Shown piece by piece: positions 49,103 through 57,854 of a stretch of 64,000 bases of DNA (position 1 is the first letter of the stretch; each line of letters begins with the position of its first letter). The stretch lies in sequence record OM456492.1. One strand, given 5' to 3'. Made by a program: the position numbers and the translations under genes. The notes beneath the pieces are model-generated. The model searched no databases. It was not told the origin of the DNA and worked only from the letters and a program-made list of their open reading frames with translations.

Positions 49103-49821
49103 TATTCTCCTCGCAACTGCGGTGGAATGTATTCACCTGTGCACATTTCGCGGTGGGCTTCTAACATGCGCTCGAAGCCGTACGTACGTGCGACCAGGGC
49201 CAAATGATAGATGCGTGCCGTAGAATACGCTTCCTTCGCAGCATCGAAGCTAGCGTTATGCTCGTACGCTTCTTTGCCACGGGTCCAGTGGTGCGCTTCT
49301 GCGTGCCAGTTAGGTTCCAGGCCAAACGCATATGCAATACGCTCTGCAGTCCGGTCAGAGTCCAATATAGAAAACTTGCGGTACTTGCCCGGCGGGATAT
49401 CGCACTGCGCGAACGCGTTCATCAGAATTGGAGCATCAAAATCGGGACCGCGCATGGTGATAACCATTTTCACGTTGCCCAGATCATCCAACCATTTTTT
49501 GGCCGCCCACAGTGCTTCTGGCAGTGGCGTGGTCCCAGAAAACGCTTCAATACGTGCTTTCTCGCTCGGTGCGTATTCGGGGTCGCCTTTACCTTCCCAA
49601 TAGCCGACCGTTTGTGGGTCGATGTAGAAGATTTCTTTTGCCTTTGCATCATTGGGGTCGATTTTGTGGTAACATGAACCGATCATTTTCATTGTCGGAA
49701 CATCGAATGCCACGTTTGCCAACGTTAAGATGTAGGCATCTGGACGCAAGGCCAGAGTCTCTAAGTCCGTTCCAACAACCACGGTTGGCGTTAAAACAGG
49801 CAGAATTTTAGGATAGGTCAT
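49102..49821 (-). CDS. DEDDh 3'-5' exonuclease/exoribonuclease
   Basis: TDLETL (ExoI), RGPDFDAPIL (ExoII) and HNASFDA (ExoIII). Confidence 0.85.
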   Translation of the reverse strand: MTYPKILPVLTPTVVVGTDLETLALRPDAYILTLANVAFDVPTMKMIGSCYHKIDPNDAKAKEIFYIDPQTVGYWEGKGDPEYAPSEKARIEAFSGTTPLPEALWAAKKWLDDLGNVKMVITMRGPDFDAPILMNAFAQCDIPPGKYRKFSILDSDRTAERIAYAFGLEPNWHAEAHHWTRGKEAYEHNASFDAAKEAYSTARIYHLALVARTYGFERMLEAHREMCTGEYIPPQLRGE

Positions 49822-49868
49822 TTCAACTCTCCACGAGATTATATATCACACTATTAACTACTAACGTA

Positions 49869-49907
49869 AAAAAAGGAAATCCCTCTTACCCGAAGGTAAG
49901 AGGGGAG
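49869..49907 (-). terminator. Intrinsic terminator
   Basis: CCCTCTTACC-cgaa-GGTAAGAGGG (UUCG loop on the minus strand) plus a T-run. Confidence 0.85.
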
Positions 49908-49910
49908 TTT

Positions 49911-50390
49911 TCATTGCACAAGGCAACTACTTCTGTGCCGTTCGTAGGCACGATTAAAAGACTCTCTGTCTTCGCGATAGCCGCGAATGAGAGACTTAAT
50001 CTGTCGTGACAAATCACGACTAATGTCTTGAGGGCTACGAGAACCAGGGTCGAGATATATCCCGGTGGGTATATCATGAAGAGTGGGGCGAATAAACTCT
50101 TCACAAAGCGGTGCGGCCATCGGGATGTGCCACCCCTTAGCTTCTGCGTAATTGTTCATCGTCTTAGCGTACAGATAAACGTAATAAGCATAAGCGTTCA
50201 CATCCGCAACAAACATTTTCCCTGCCAGCTTTTTCGCCTCAGGACTGTTCCCACCGGCATAAACTGGTGGATGTTCTAAAGGACGAAAAGGCCAATCTCC
50301 GGTTGAGGAGTAATCTGGGTCTACGTGACGGATGCCTCCAGGGCATCCTGTCAACAATAGCGCCAGTATCGCCACCAAAAATAACTTCAT
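49911..50390 (-). CDS. Lipoprotein, candidate o-spanin
   Basis: Signal peptide with lipobox LLLTG-C and a Pro-rich region. Directly downstream of a single-TM protein. Confidence 0.6.
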   Translation of the reverse strand: MKLFLVAILALLLTGCPGGIRHVDPDYSSTGDWPFRPLEHPPVYAGGNSPEAKKLAGKMFVADVNAYAYYVYLYAKTMNNYAEAKGWHIPMAAPLCEEFIRPTLHDIPTGIYLDPGSRSPQDISRDLSRQIKSLIRGYREDRESFNRAYERHRSSCLVQ

Positions 50391-50399
50391 GTATGCTCC

Positions 50400-50915
50400 T
50401 CATGGATTATTAAGCGTACTGATAATCTCCTGTCGGAAATCATTTGCCTCCTGCGACCCTACCGGGCGAGAAGCGACCTGGTGTTTCTTGGCAGGCGGGC
50501 TAGACGGATTTAACGGTGCCGGCGGTGTTACCGGCTTGTGTTCTACAGGCGGAACCGCGGCCCCTGTGCCTGTTCCTGTTGGAGATTTGGTACCATCATA
50601 TGGCGGTCGAGAACCCAGGCACGTGAAGAGACGATCGTACAACTTATTGTTCTCCACTTCGTCATGATCGGACTTCTCTTTTAGCTCCTTATAGGATATC
50701 TCCAGATACTGAGTACGCGATTGAATGCTAACCAGTGTGTGGTATTGAACAATATAGGCATATGAGACAAATGCAGAGAACGCGATCAGTGCCACTATCA
50801 CTAGTGTCACTATTTTCCCGGCACGTGTTACTTTCTCCCCCTCGCCCGGTTTAAATGCTTCCCACAGTATCTGTAAGAATGGAAGCAGTTTGAAAACTGA
50901 TGCTATCATGCTCAC
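50400..50915 (-). CDS. Inner-membrane protein, candidate i-spanin
   Basis: One N-terminal TM (IVTLVIVALIAFSAFVSYAYIV), then a coiled-coil-like segment and a Pro-rich linker. Confidence 0.55.
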   Translation of the reverse strand: MSMIASVFKLLPFLQILWEAFKPGEGEKVTRAGKIVTLVIVALIAFSAFVSYAYIVQYHTLVSIQSRTQYLEISYKELKEKSDHDEVENNKLYDRLFTCLGSRPPYDGTKSPTGTGTGAAVPPVEHKPVTPPAPLNPSSPPAKKHQVASRPVGSQEANDFRQEIISTLNNP

Positions 50916-50933
50916 CTCGGAGAGTTTTTAATT

Positions 50934-52313
50934 ATGTATGATTTACAAGGCTTTATTCAAATAGCGGCTCTGATTGATAATGGCCCTGGCAACACCGCTC
51001 CGGTAGGTGAGTTGTCTGAGCTGTCATATTCGTTCGCTAAAAGCAAGCAGTATTTTACTAAAGAAAATCTGCAGGTGGAACTGGTTGCTTTTACTTCTAA
51101 ACGTGACGAGTTGCCTATTAAGACCCCGGCCGTCTTTAGCGACCACGTTCTTACTGTTTCCCAATGGATCTACCAACAGTCCATCCTGGGCAACTTAAGA
51201 AACGACGAAGTTGAATTCCAGCGTTTGCTGTTGGGGCAATTTAATAGTGTCATCAGCGGTGTTCAGTCTGGCGCGATGATTCAGACTAACAGTAACTGGT
51301 TCCCACGTTGGGTCAGTTGGAAACTTGAAACCACAGCAGATAGAGTCGAAGACCCATCTGATGTGAATAACCAGATTATTCTCTGGTTTGCTGATGAAGA
51401 TTTCAATCAGGACTATACCGGATTTGAAATTGAAGTCCAAATGCCGATATTACCGGTTGATACTTTCTTGGCTGTGAAATCTGTAGTCGAAAAGGCAATG
51501 GAGGGGTTTAACCTTCCGGATCACCATAATAAGATCAATGAATTAGCTGACGGTTATCCGTACACTAGCCTGATTACTAACATCTATACTTGGCACGACC
51601 AGGAAGACTTTGATTCCACCCTACCGATACCGATGTCGGCTATCATCTACGGACGCGCGGGTCGTAACCCGAGCAGAATTAAACAAGCGTTACGTGATTA
51701 CATTTTGGCAAACTCCAGTTTTACTGTGGCGTTGGGTGTCAAGGTGTTCCCAGAAATCTTTACGACCACCAAGTTCACAATTGTTCCTGGTTGGTCAATT
51801 CGTGGGATTCCAAATGAGGAAGATGTTGCGGCATTATACTCGCCGATTCTCCCATATGATTTCTGGGTCAAAGCAATCTCCCGATTTGGGGAGTGGACTG
51901 TTCAAACCATTACGGAAAAAAATAGTGGAGCAATCTCAACTCCAACTACCGATGTAACGGATTTACCGTCCATCTATAAATCACTAAACGCTGTAGTTAT
52001 CGCAGGCCCTGAAAACGATTCACGCAAAACGACCCTGCACGATACGATTCCCGACTACGCATTAATCGGCACTAACAATGCAGATATTGCGAGAATGTCG
52101 AAGAAAACCACCGAGTGGCTGGACTTGTTCTTCCAGGCGTTAATCGCAGCGGAAGAGTATCACCCACATTCCACCCCGCTGGATATCGTGAAGCTCGTAG
52201 ACGACGTCGATCCTAACGTTTACTTCTACGTCTTTGAATTCGATAACGTGGAATATCGCGTCTTGGCCCGCAAAGCTGTTTGGGATGTCCCTGCGGTAGA
52301 GCCAGAAGCCTAA
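50934..52313 (+). CDS. Virion structural protein
   Basis: 459 aa, GGAG RBS. Position recalled as an SPN3US gp203-like virion protein. Confidence 0.6.
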   Translation: MYDLQGFIQIAALIDNGPGNTAPVGELSELSYSFAKSKQYFTKENLQVELVAFTSKRDELPIKTPAVFSDHVLTVSQWIYQQSILGNLRNDEVEFQRLLLGQFNSVISGVQSGAMIQTNSNWFPRWVSWKLETTADRVEDPSDVNNQIILWFADEDFNQDYTGFEIEVQMPILPVDTFLAVKSVVEKAMEGFNLPDHHNKINELADGYPYTSLITNIYTWHDQEDFDSTLPIPMSAIIYGRAGRNPSRIKQALRDYILANSSFTVALGVKVFPEIFTTTKFTIVPGWSIRGIPNEEDVAALYSPILPYDFWVKAISRFGEWTVQTITEKNSGAISTPTTDVTDLPSIYKSLNAVVIAGPENDSRKTTLHDTIPDYALIGTNNADIARMSKKTTEWLDLFFQALIAAEEYHPHSTPLDIVKLVDDVDPNVYFYVFEFDNVEYRVLARKAVWDVPAVEPEA

Positions 52314-52323
52314 GGAGGGTTAA

Positions 52324-52947
52324 ATGGCACAACTGTTGCCTAACACGCCTCAGGTTAACCTTGAGGGGTTGTTCAAGGTTAAGGCACCTTATACGTTGCC
52401 AGATAAAGTGATTTACCGTGTTGACGCGGTACAGAACTTTCCGAAACTCCAACGTAATAATATTGACGTTTATAACAAGTATTATAAACCCGTCGGCCTA
52501 ACTCGTGACGACTATATCAGCGACGCTAATGTCGAAGCTTCGATTGTAACATTAAAGTCGAGGGATGGTCAAGTCTACGAGTTGCCTGATACGTACATTG
52601 AGACGTATCCTGGACTGAACGGGTTAAATTATAGACGCAATGTTGTGGTTATTGACCTGGCATTAATACCCGAATACGTCGATGTCACGCTGTTAACGAA
52701 CGACCTGAAAAGCGTCTTAGAACGCGGTTTAGGAATCGATGCACGTGTGGATATCACATCGATGGATTACGAAGGGACGGTGACGGAAGAAGAACACTTG
52801 CGAATGGAAGCGGTGCGTAAAGCCAAAATCCGTGAGCAGGTTCCTCTGGCAGAACAAGTTGCAACACTCACTAAGCAGAATCAAGAACTGCAGGCGTTGA
52901 ATGATGCGATGTTGAAAATCCTGAAAGATAACGGGTTAACAAATTAA
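52324..52947 (+). CDS. Virion structural protein
   Basis: 207 aa, AGGAGG RBS, C-terminal coiled coil. Confidence 0.6.
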   Translation: MAQLLPNTPQVNLEGLFKVKAPYTLPDKVIYRVDAVQNFPKLQRNNIDVYNKYYKPVGLTRDDYISDANVEASIVTLKSRDGQVYELPDTYIETYPGLNGLNYRRNVVVIDLALIPEYVDVTLLTNDLKSVLERGLGIDARVDITSMDYEGTVTEEEHLRMEAVRKAKIREQVPLAEQVATLTKQNQELQALNDAMLKILKDNGLTN

Positions 52948-52998
52948 AGAAAAAAAGAACTACCTACTCCCTTGGGAGTAGGTAGACTTTTATTTTTT
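52947..52998. terminator. Bidirectional intrinsic terminator
   Basis: CTACCTACTCCC-tt-GGGAGTAGGTAG with flanking A and T runs. Confidence 0.85.
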
Positions 52999-53004
52999 AT
53001 CGCA

Positions 53005-54138
53005 TTATTTACCGACGATGTCGCGGACCATTGCTTTGATTGTGGCAGCAGTACGTTTCTTTTTCGGCAGCTTGCGGATTTCTGCGTACAGTTTATCCAG
53101 GTTCAGAGTTTTCTGTACCTGCGCAACAATCTGCATTTGCTCTTCGTCGATTTTCACTTCGACAGTCTGCTCCTGCATTTTGCCCAGTTCCTGAATCACA
53201 CTGGCAACCGACACCGGATAAGCTGTTGATTTTGGACGTTCGATACCGAGGGTAACAAAGATTTCGTCGTCAATAAACACATTTTCGATATCAGCCAAGT
53301 TTTCCAGAATGATTTCATCGTGGTCTTCATCTTCTGACGCATTCGGATATGGACGTTTGTAGGTGTAATCCCACACGTCGTAGCCGAGTTTATCTGCGAG
53401 TTGTACGAAACCTTCCCAGGTTACTTCGCCGGGGTTGATAGTCTGACCACGGAAACCAGGGTTGGCCGTAAAGACTTTCACCCAGTCGATGTTTGCGATA
53501 GTACGACACTCTTCCAGCGGCGCGTAACGATCTCCCACTTCGTCATTGTCAGACTTTTCAACATGCTCTGCTTCACAACGCTCGAAAGTAACTGAGTGTG
53601 GTTTACCGTCACCGAAGATAACGGAGGCAGAACGCCAGTCTTCGATAGTCCACTGGACATGAGTCAAATCAATGTAACAATGCCCAACTTTAACACGACC
53701 TCGTGGGGCACTTACTGGTTTAATCAGTTCACCTGGTTCGAAGAAGAATTCGTCAGAATGTGCAATGGCATACCAGACACCATCAACACCTTCAACGAGA
53801 ATAGACCAGTTATACGGCGCATGGCAACTTTGGAAAGCTACGCCCAGCATACTTCCCCAACGGTCATCTGGCGAATATTTCAGCGGCGGTAGGTTATCAA
53901 ACTGAAGAGTTTGAGAAGAAAGGCACAACTTATTACGCAGGTGCGGCAGCGGCAGATAAGCCTCCACATTGTTATCGAACAGCGCATTGTAAAGATCCGG
54001 GTTGATAACACCGGTGCCAGTGATGTGTTGTGCAATCAGAGCTTCGGAATATGCACGAACACCTTCGTAGCTAAGCACATACGCACGGTTACGTACTACA
54101 CGAGCCATATCTTCGATTACGGAAATTGGAAATTGCAT
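53005..54138 (-). CDS. Hypothetical protein
   Basis: Start set at MQFPIS after TAAGGA (track start 54162). Confidence 0.7.
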   Translation of the reverse strand: MQFPISVIEDMARVVRNRAYVLSYEGVRAYSEALIAQHITGTGVINPDLYNALFDNNVEAYLPLPHLRNKLCLSSQTLQFDNLPPLKYSPDDRWGSMLGVAFQSCHAPYNWSILVEGVDGVWYAIAHSDEFFFEPGELIKPVSAPRGRVKVGHCYIDLTHVQWTIEDWRSASVIFGDGKPHSVTFERCEAEHVEKSDNDEVGDRYAPLEECRTIANIDWVKVFTANPGFRGQTINPGEVTWEGFVQLADKLGYDVWDYTYKRPYPNASEDEDHDEIILENLADIENVFIDDEIFVTLGIERPKSTAYPVSVASVIQELGKMQEQTVEVKIDEEQMQIVAQVQKTLNLDKLYAEIRKLPKKKRTAATIKAMVRDIVGK

Positions 54139-54197
54139 GTTAATAGTCCTTATAAAAGTCAATGGTATTTTCAGATGATTAGTTACTGCTGTAAAAA

Positions 54198-54464
54198 CTA
54201 GTTACGGTCGGAATTAAAGACGTGCCAGGTACTACGCCAGCGGAAGAATCGGGTTATGAATCCACGCATGTGATAACCTGAAAACAGCATCCAGATCGTG
54301 AGAAAAAGCTGCGCCCATGGAGTGGTGAGTTCCATCAAATGTGCGACTATCGCACCAACTATCAACATCACCGTGGAGAATAACAAACCATACATCATCG
54401 GAATGTTGTGGCTATAGTGTTTCTCCATCCAGTAGAGAAAATTTATTAAACGTTTCACGAACAC
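54198..54464 (-). CDS. Small membrane protein (2 TM)
   Basis: 88 aa with two hydrophobic helices. Confidence 0.6.
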   Translation of the reverse strand: MFVKRLINFLYWMEKHYSHNIPMMYGLLFSTVMLIVGAIVAHLMELTTPWAQLFLTIWMLFSGYHMRGFITRFFRWRSTWHVFNSDRN

Positions 54465-54477
54465 ACATCCAAGAATT

Positions 54478-54511
54478 AAATAAAAGGTGGTCAGACCCGA
54501 AGGTCTGACCG
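54478..54511 (-). terminator. Intrinsic terminator
   Basis: GGTCAGACC-cgaa-GGTCTGACC plus TTTTATTT on the minus strand. Confidence 0.85.
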
Positions 54512-54515
54512 TTAA

Positions 54516-55109
54516 TTACGCATCGGCCTCAAAGAACGGCTGGTTTGGTACCACTGCGTATTCGAGCACGAACAGATGTTCTGGGGCATCTTCTGCTCGC
54601 CACAGTTTGTGACACGTTGCCAGTTTTTCCAGGATGGTCAGCCAGCTGAGTTGGCAAAACGCACGATCGCCGAAGAACAGTTTCTGCAGTGCAATTGACA
54701 CATCCATATACGCCTGTTTGAAGTCGAGCCCTTTATCGTAACCTGCCGACTGTCGCCAGGTCAGCACGAAACCTGCTTCGGTTTCGTTAATTGCTGGACG
54801 TAAACCACAAATCCACATCAGTGCCAGATTAACGTTCCAGTCGAATTCGATACCTTCGTCTTCGTCATCACCAAACGCCGCGTTTAACGCGTCGTAGAAA
54901 CCGTGGTTCTCTGCGAACCATTCGCCGTACTCAACGTAGACCGGTGCTTCGACAGCCTCCCCATCGACTTCACCGATAGGGCGCTCTACATAGTTCGGGT
55001 TGGTTTGAACGTGTTCCGCACCCGCGCGAATCAGTTCGTAGACATCTTTGGCGGTGATTTGTGCGGCTGTTTTAAGACCTGGATACCAGGGGCGTGTTAC
55101 GAGTGTCAA
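54516..55109 (-). CDS. Hypothetical protein
   Basis: 197 aa, TTG start after AAAGGAG, 4-bp overlap with the transglycosylase stop. Confidence 0.68.
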   Translation of the reverse strand: MTLVTRPWYPGLKTAAQITAKDVYELIRAGAEHVQTNPNYVERPIGEVDGEAVEAPVYVEYGEWFAENHGFYDALNAAFGDDEDEGIEFDWNVNLALMWICGLRPAINETEAGFVLTWRQSAGYDKGLDFKQAYMDVSIALQKLFFGDRAFCQLSWLTILEKLATCHKLWRAEDAPEHLFVLEYAVVPNQPFFEADA

Positions 55110-55828
55110 AGCAGTGCTCCTTTCATGATGGTGTTATTTGCCAGTAATGTACCGGCCGCAGGTGATATTTTGGTGTACAGCGTATCCCAGATTTTCTGAA
55201 GTTCAGCGACGCGTTGGTCGTGGTCTTCCTTCGCAAAAGCAAGCTGACGTGTTTCAGCTTTCGGTGGCGTCATTTTCGCACCGTAGAATGCTGCGTCTTT
55301 TCGGTAGCTGGCCATCCAGCGTTTCCCGACCGGTGATTTCTTTTTAATCATCGCAACAGCAGCACTCTCACCGAAGCGGTAGCCTAATGCGATTTCGGCT
55401 GTGCTCGGCTTGCGTTTGAGTTGTTTCGTCAGATGATCCTCGATGTGTTTCATGTAAACAGCAGCAAGCTGTACAGCATATTTCGGTTTATTAAGGTCTG
55501 CGTTCTTTGGGATGTTAAGTTGTTTCCCATACAGACGTATCATGGAGCGTTTAGTGCCTGTCGTCATTTGGACAACACTACTAGCACTGCTCGATTTATT
55601 CTTACCCACGTTTTTATTAAAACGGGATTCACGGTAAATAGTGGTCGCAAGCATCCCGGCGTGTACACCTTGCTTTTGAGATGCGGAGACGATGAGAGGT
55701 TTAATCTCATTGAACTGGTCCTGGATAAGGACAAATTCTTTTTGATGTTTGTTACTGGTGGACTGGTAAGAAGCGTTGCTGTTGAATGTGGTCACTGCTA
55801 CCAGAAGAAATAAAATGGTGCGAAACAT
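55106..55828 (-). CDS. Signal-peptide-bearing lytic transglycosylase (candidate endolysin)
   Basis: N-terminal signal peptide. IYRESRFN (catalytic Glu) and SASSVVQM align with the tape-measure SLT domain (KAESGFN, SASGLFQF). Confidence 0.78.
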   Translation of the reverse strand: MFRTILFLLVAVTTFNSNASYQSTSNKHQKEFVLIQDQFNEIKPLIVSASQKQGVHAGMLATTIYRESRFNKNVGKNKSSSASSVVQMTTGTKRSMIRLYGKQLNIPKNADLNKPKYAVQLAAVYMKHIEDHLTKQLKRKPSTAEIALGYRFGESAAVAMIKKKSPVGKRWMASYRKDAAFYGAKMTPPKAETRQLAFAKEDHDQRVAELQKIWDTLYTKISPAAGTLLANNTIMKGALL

Positions 55829-55848
55829 GGATGTATCTCCAAACGGAT

Positions 55849-55893
55849 TTATACTTTTCCGTTCCCAATCCGGGAAGACGGCGCGGACGGCAT
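55849..55893 (-). CDS. Possible 14-aa upstream ORF (MPSAPSSRIGNGKV)
   Basis: AAAGGAG 4 nt before the ATG. Lies between the promoter motif and the transglycosylase RBS. Confidence 0.3.
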   Translation of the reverse strand: MPSAPSSRIGNGKV

Positions 55894-55920
55894 TGTGCTC
55901 CTTTGTAATGTGCCCTGGTG

Positions 55921-55943
55921 ATAATATCTATTTGAAACTTTTT
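55921..55943 (-). promoter_or_regulatory. Putative early promoter
   Basis: Minus strand AAAAAGTTTCAAATAGATATTAT. Confidence 0.5.
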
Positions 55944-56428
55944 GGGATGATTTTCTCTGCTTCCCTTAGCAATGTGTCTGGTAAATAGAATCGATAAGTC
56001 TGCTCCGTGTGCTGTAGTCTTTTCTGTAAGTGTATAAAGATTTCCAATCGCTCATGGTAACGTAACCAGCCGTTAGCCATCCCTAGGGGCGGTATCGCAA
56101 TCCCTCCTTCTAAGTCTTCCCCTAGTCGCGCCAGCGCATCAATGCCGGACGTGACATAGTAAATCTGCGATTTATAGCGAAAATGGGTTTTAGTAGGAAG
56201 GAGTATTACCCCTTCCTCAGGATAACAATAGACCTCACCGATAATGATTTGCTCTTTACGGCATTTCTGGCGATAGTCATTATAAAGCGATGGGAAGCGT
56301 TCTCGGCACGCCAAGGCAATGCCCCTTCCCATTGCACCAACACAGTTAACTGTAACGACCTTGAAGCGCTCAGGCGCGTTAAACAAGTCGTGGGAGATAA
56401 CGCCCTCGTCGATCAGTTCGAGTGACAT
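55928..56428 (-). CDS. Macrodomain protein, DarG/TARG1 class
   Basis: VTVNCVGAMGRGIA...RFP, LPTKTHF and IAIPPLGMANG match the DarG-type NTVNTVGVMGKGIA, FPTK.HW and IAIPPLGAGNG. Confidence 0.85.
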   Translation of the reverse strand: MSLELIDEGVISHDLFNAPERFKVVTVNCVGAMGRGIALACRERFPSLYNDYRQKCRKEQIIIGEVYCYPEEGVILLPTKTHFRYKSQIYYVTSGIDALARLGEDLEGGIAIPPLGMANGWLRYHERLEIFIHLQKRLQHTEQTYRFYLPDTLLREAEKIIPKSFK

Positions 56429-56627
56429 CTATTGCCATACCCCATTGTGAAATAACCGGAGACTGAAGCAATGATTCCAGCTCAGTAAGAACTCTGGCTT
56501 TTGCTTCTTCGCGCAACTTACGGATTTCCGGATCAGGTTTGCCTGCGCCCAGATACTGGGGTTCTGTTTGTGGTGTAGGGAAGCCGCAGAAAGAACCAAC
56601 CATTATTCCGATGATTGTTTTTTGCAT
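56379..56627 (-). CDS. Hypothetical protein
   Basis: ATG directly abuts the upstream TAA. Overlaps the macrodomain start by 50 bp. Confidence 0.5.
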   Translation of the reverse strand: MQKTIIGIMVGSFCGFPTPQTEPQYLGAGKPDPEIRKLREEAKARVLTELESLLQSPVISQWGMAIDVTRTDRRGRYLPRLV

Positions 56628-57050
56628 TTAGCTATTCCTTTTCGCCCAGGCATGTACCGCTGACTCGAAACCTTCGTGTTCGATACCGAGTCGTTTCATT
56701 GCCAACATAGTGTTGAGGCTATTCGTAATTTCTTCACGGTAGCGATGGTCGTCCATCTTACGCCAACACTTCTCCGGGTCAACACCTAAGCGTTGGAGTA
56801 GATACGCCTCACGCACCATACCAGGCCGCCAGAATTTAGGGCGGGTAATCGCGATTTCAATCATGGGCGTCATGTCCAACGTGTGCGCGAGAATACTAAC
56901 CGGTGTTTCCCCAACTTTATCACGTAGCGCTAAACGTAACCACCACTGAACGTTTGCTTTGGTTTCAGGTAACAGATCGTAGAATAAGGCTGTTTCTTCT
57001 TCTGATAAATGATCGTATAGTGATTTTGTTTCGCGAATAGCGGTAACCAT
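56628..57050 (-). CDS. Hypothetical protein
   Basis: 140 aa, AAGGAG RBS. Confidence 0.7.
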   Translation of the reverse strand: MVTAIRETKSLYDHLSEEETALFYDLLPETKANVQWWLRLALRDKVGETPVSILAHTLDMTPMIEIAITRPKFWRPGMVREAYLLQRLGVDPEKCWRKMDDHRYREEITNSLNTMLAMKRLGIEHEGFESAVHAWAKRNS

Positions 57051-57061
57051 TTTAATGCTCC

Positions 57062-57280
57062 TTAGGGTAAAGTTGCCTCCCGGTCGTAACGGTGAGGCTC
57101 AGGCAGCGTACCAAGCGCTGCTTTAATACACGTACTCAGCGGAGTATCATCGAACACAACACGCCCGATAGTACCCACGTTGATGTGTTTTGGATTTACG
57201 GGTAAGAACTCCTTCACCCGCTCGTACTCAGCCCAACAGATATCGGTGTTTAAAGCTGAAAACCCAGGACGGTGAAACAT
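57062..57280 (-). CDS. Small hypothetical protein
   Basis: Start MFHRPG after GAGGAG (track start 57325). Confidence 0.65.
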   Translation of the reverse strand: MFHRPGFSALNTDICWAEYERVKEFLPVNPKHINVGTIGRVVFDDTPLSTCIKAALGTLPEPHRYDREATLP

Positions 57281-57283
57281 AAA

Positions 57284-57342
57284 TAGCACTCCTCGCGTAA
57301 AAATACCCCACTCATAGTGAGGCATAATCGTAAGGAGTGCTA
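57284..57342 (-). promoter_or_regulatory. RBS-sequestering hairpin
   Basis: TAGCACTCCT...AGGAGTGCTA perfect 10-bp outer stem covers the SD. Inner stem ATGCCTCACT/AGTGGGGTAT. Confidence 0.65.
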
Positions 57343-57350
57343 AAACAGGA

Positions 57351-57839
57351 CTATGCTACCGCAGTCCTTAAAGGTTCATCTGCTTCCGCAGGAACCTGCT
57401 TCGTAAATTCAAGCCATTGTCCGTCTGTAGAGACGGTCTTGCCAAAGCCGCGAGCGGTAAAGAACGCAATACCAGCTTCCTGGCAAGCGTATATTCCCCC
57501 ATGCGCACTGGTGAACCGTTCATTCACATCAAGCGCATCAAAAATCTGCGTCATCGTTTTGCGACGGCGTGCCATTTCGGACACGAACATCGTACGAATC
57601 TTCAGAACCCCGGCGATTACGCGATAGAGACAGTAACCAATAGGGGTGCCCCCTTCCAGAGCAACGCAAGCACGGTTCCCCGCCAACAGTTTCTCCAGAG
57701 TGAGGTTCGGAATCTCACCTTTTTCGATATGGAGTATGGTACGTTGGTGGTTCAGAAATTTATAATGCAGCCCCAACAGCTGTTTATTTTGTGCTTCCGT
57801 TAAATCTGAGGATGAGGAAAGAATGACAATTTCGGCCAT
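57351..57839 (-). CDS. GNAT-family acetyltransferase
   Basis: VALEGGTPIGY, IRTMFVSEMARRR (motif A) and AGIAFFTARGF (motif B). Start MAEIV after TAGGA. Confidence 0.8.
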   Translation of the reverse strand: MAEIVILSSSSDLTEAQNKQLLGLHYKFLNHQRTILHIEKGEIPNLTLEKLLAGNRACVALEGGTPIGYCLYRVIAGVLKIRTMFVSEMARRRKTMTQIFDALDVNERFTSAHGGIYACQEAGIAFFTARGFGKTVSTDGQWLEFTKQVPAEADEPLRTAVA

Positions 57840-57854
57840 GAGCTGAATTCCTAA

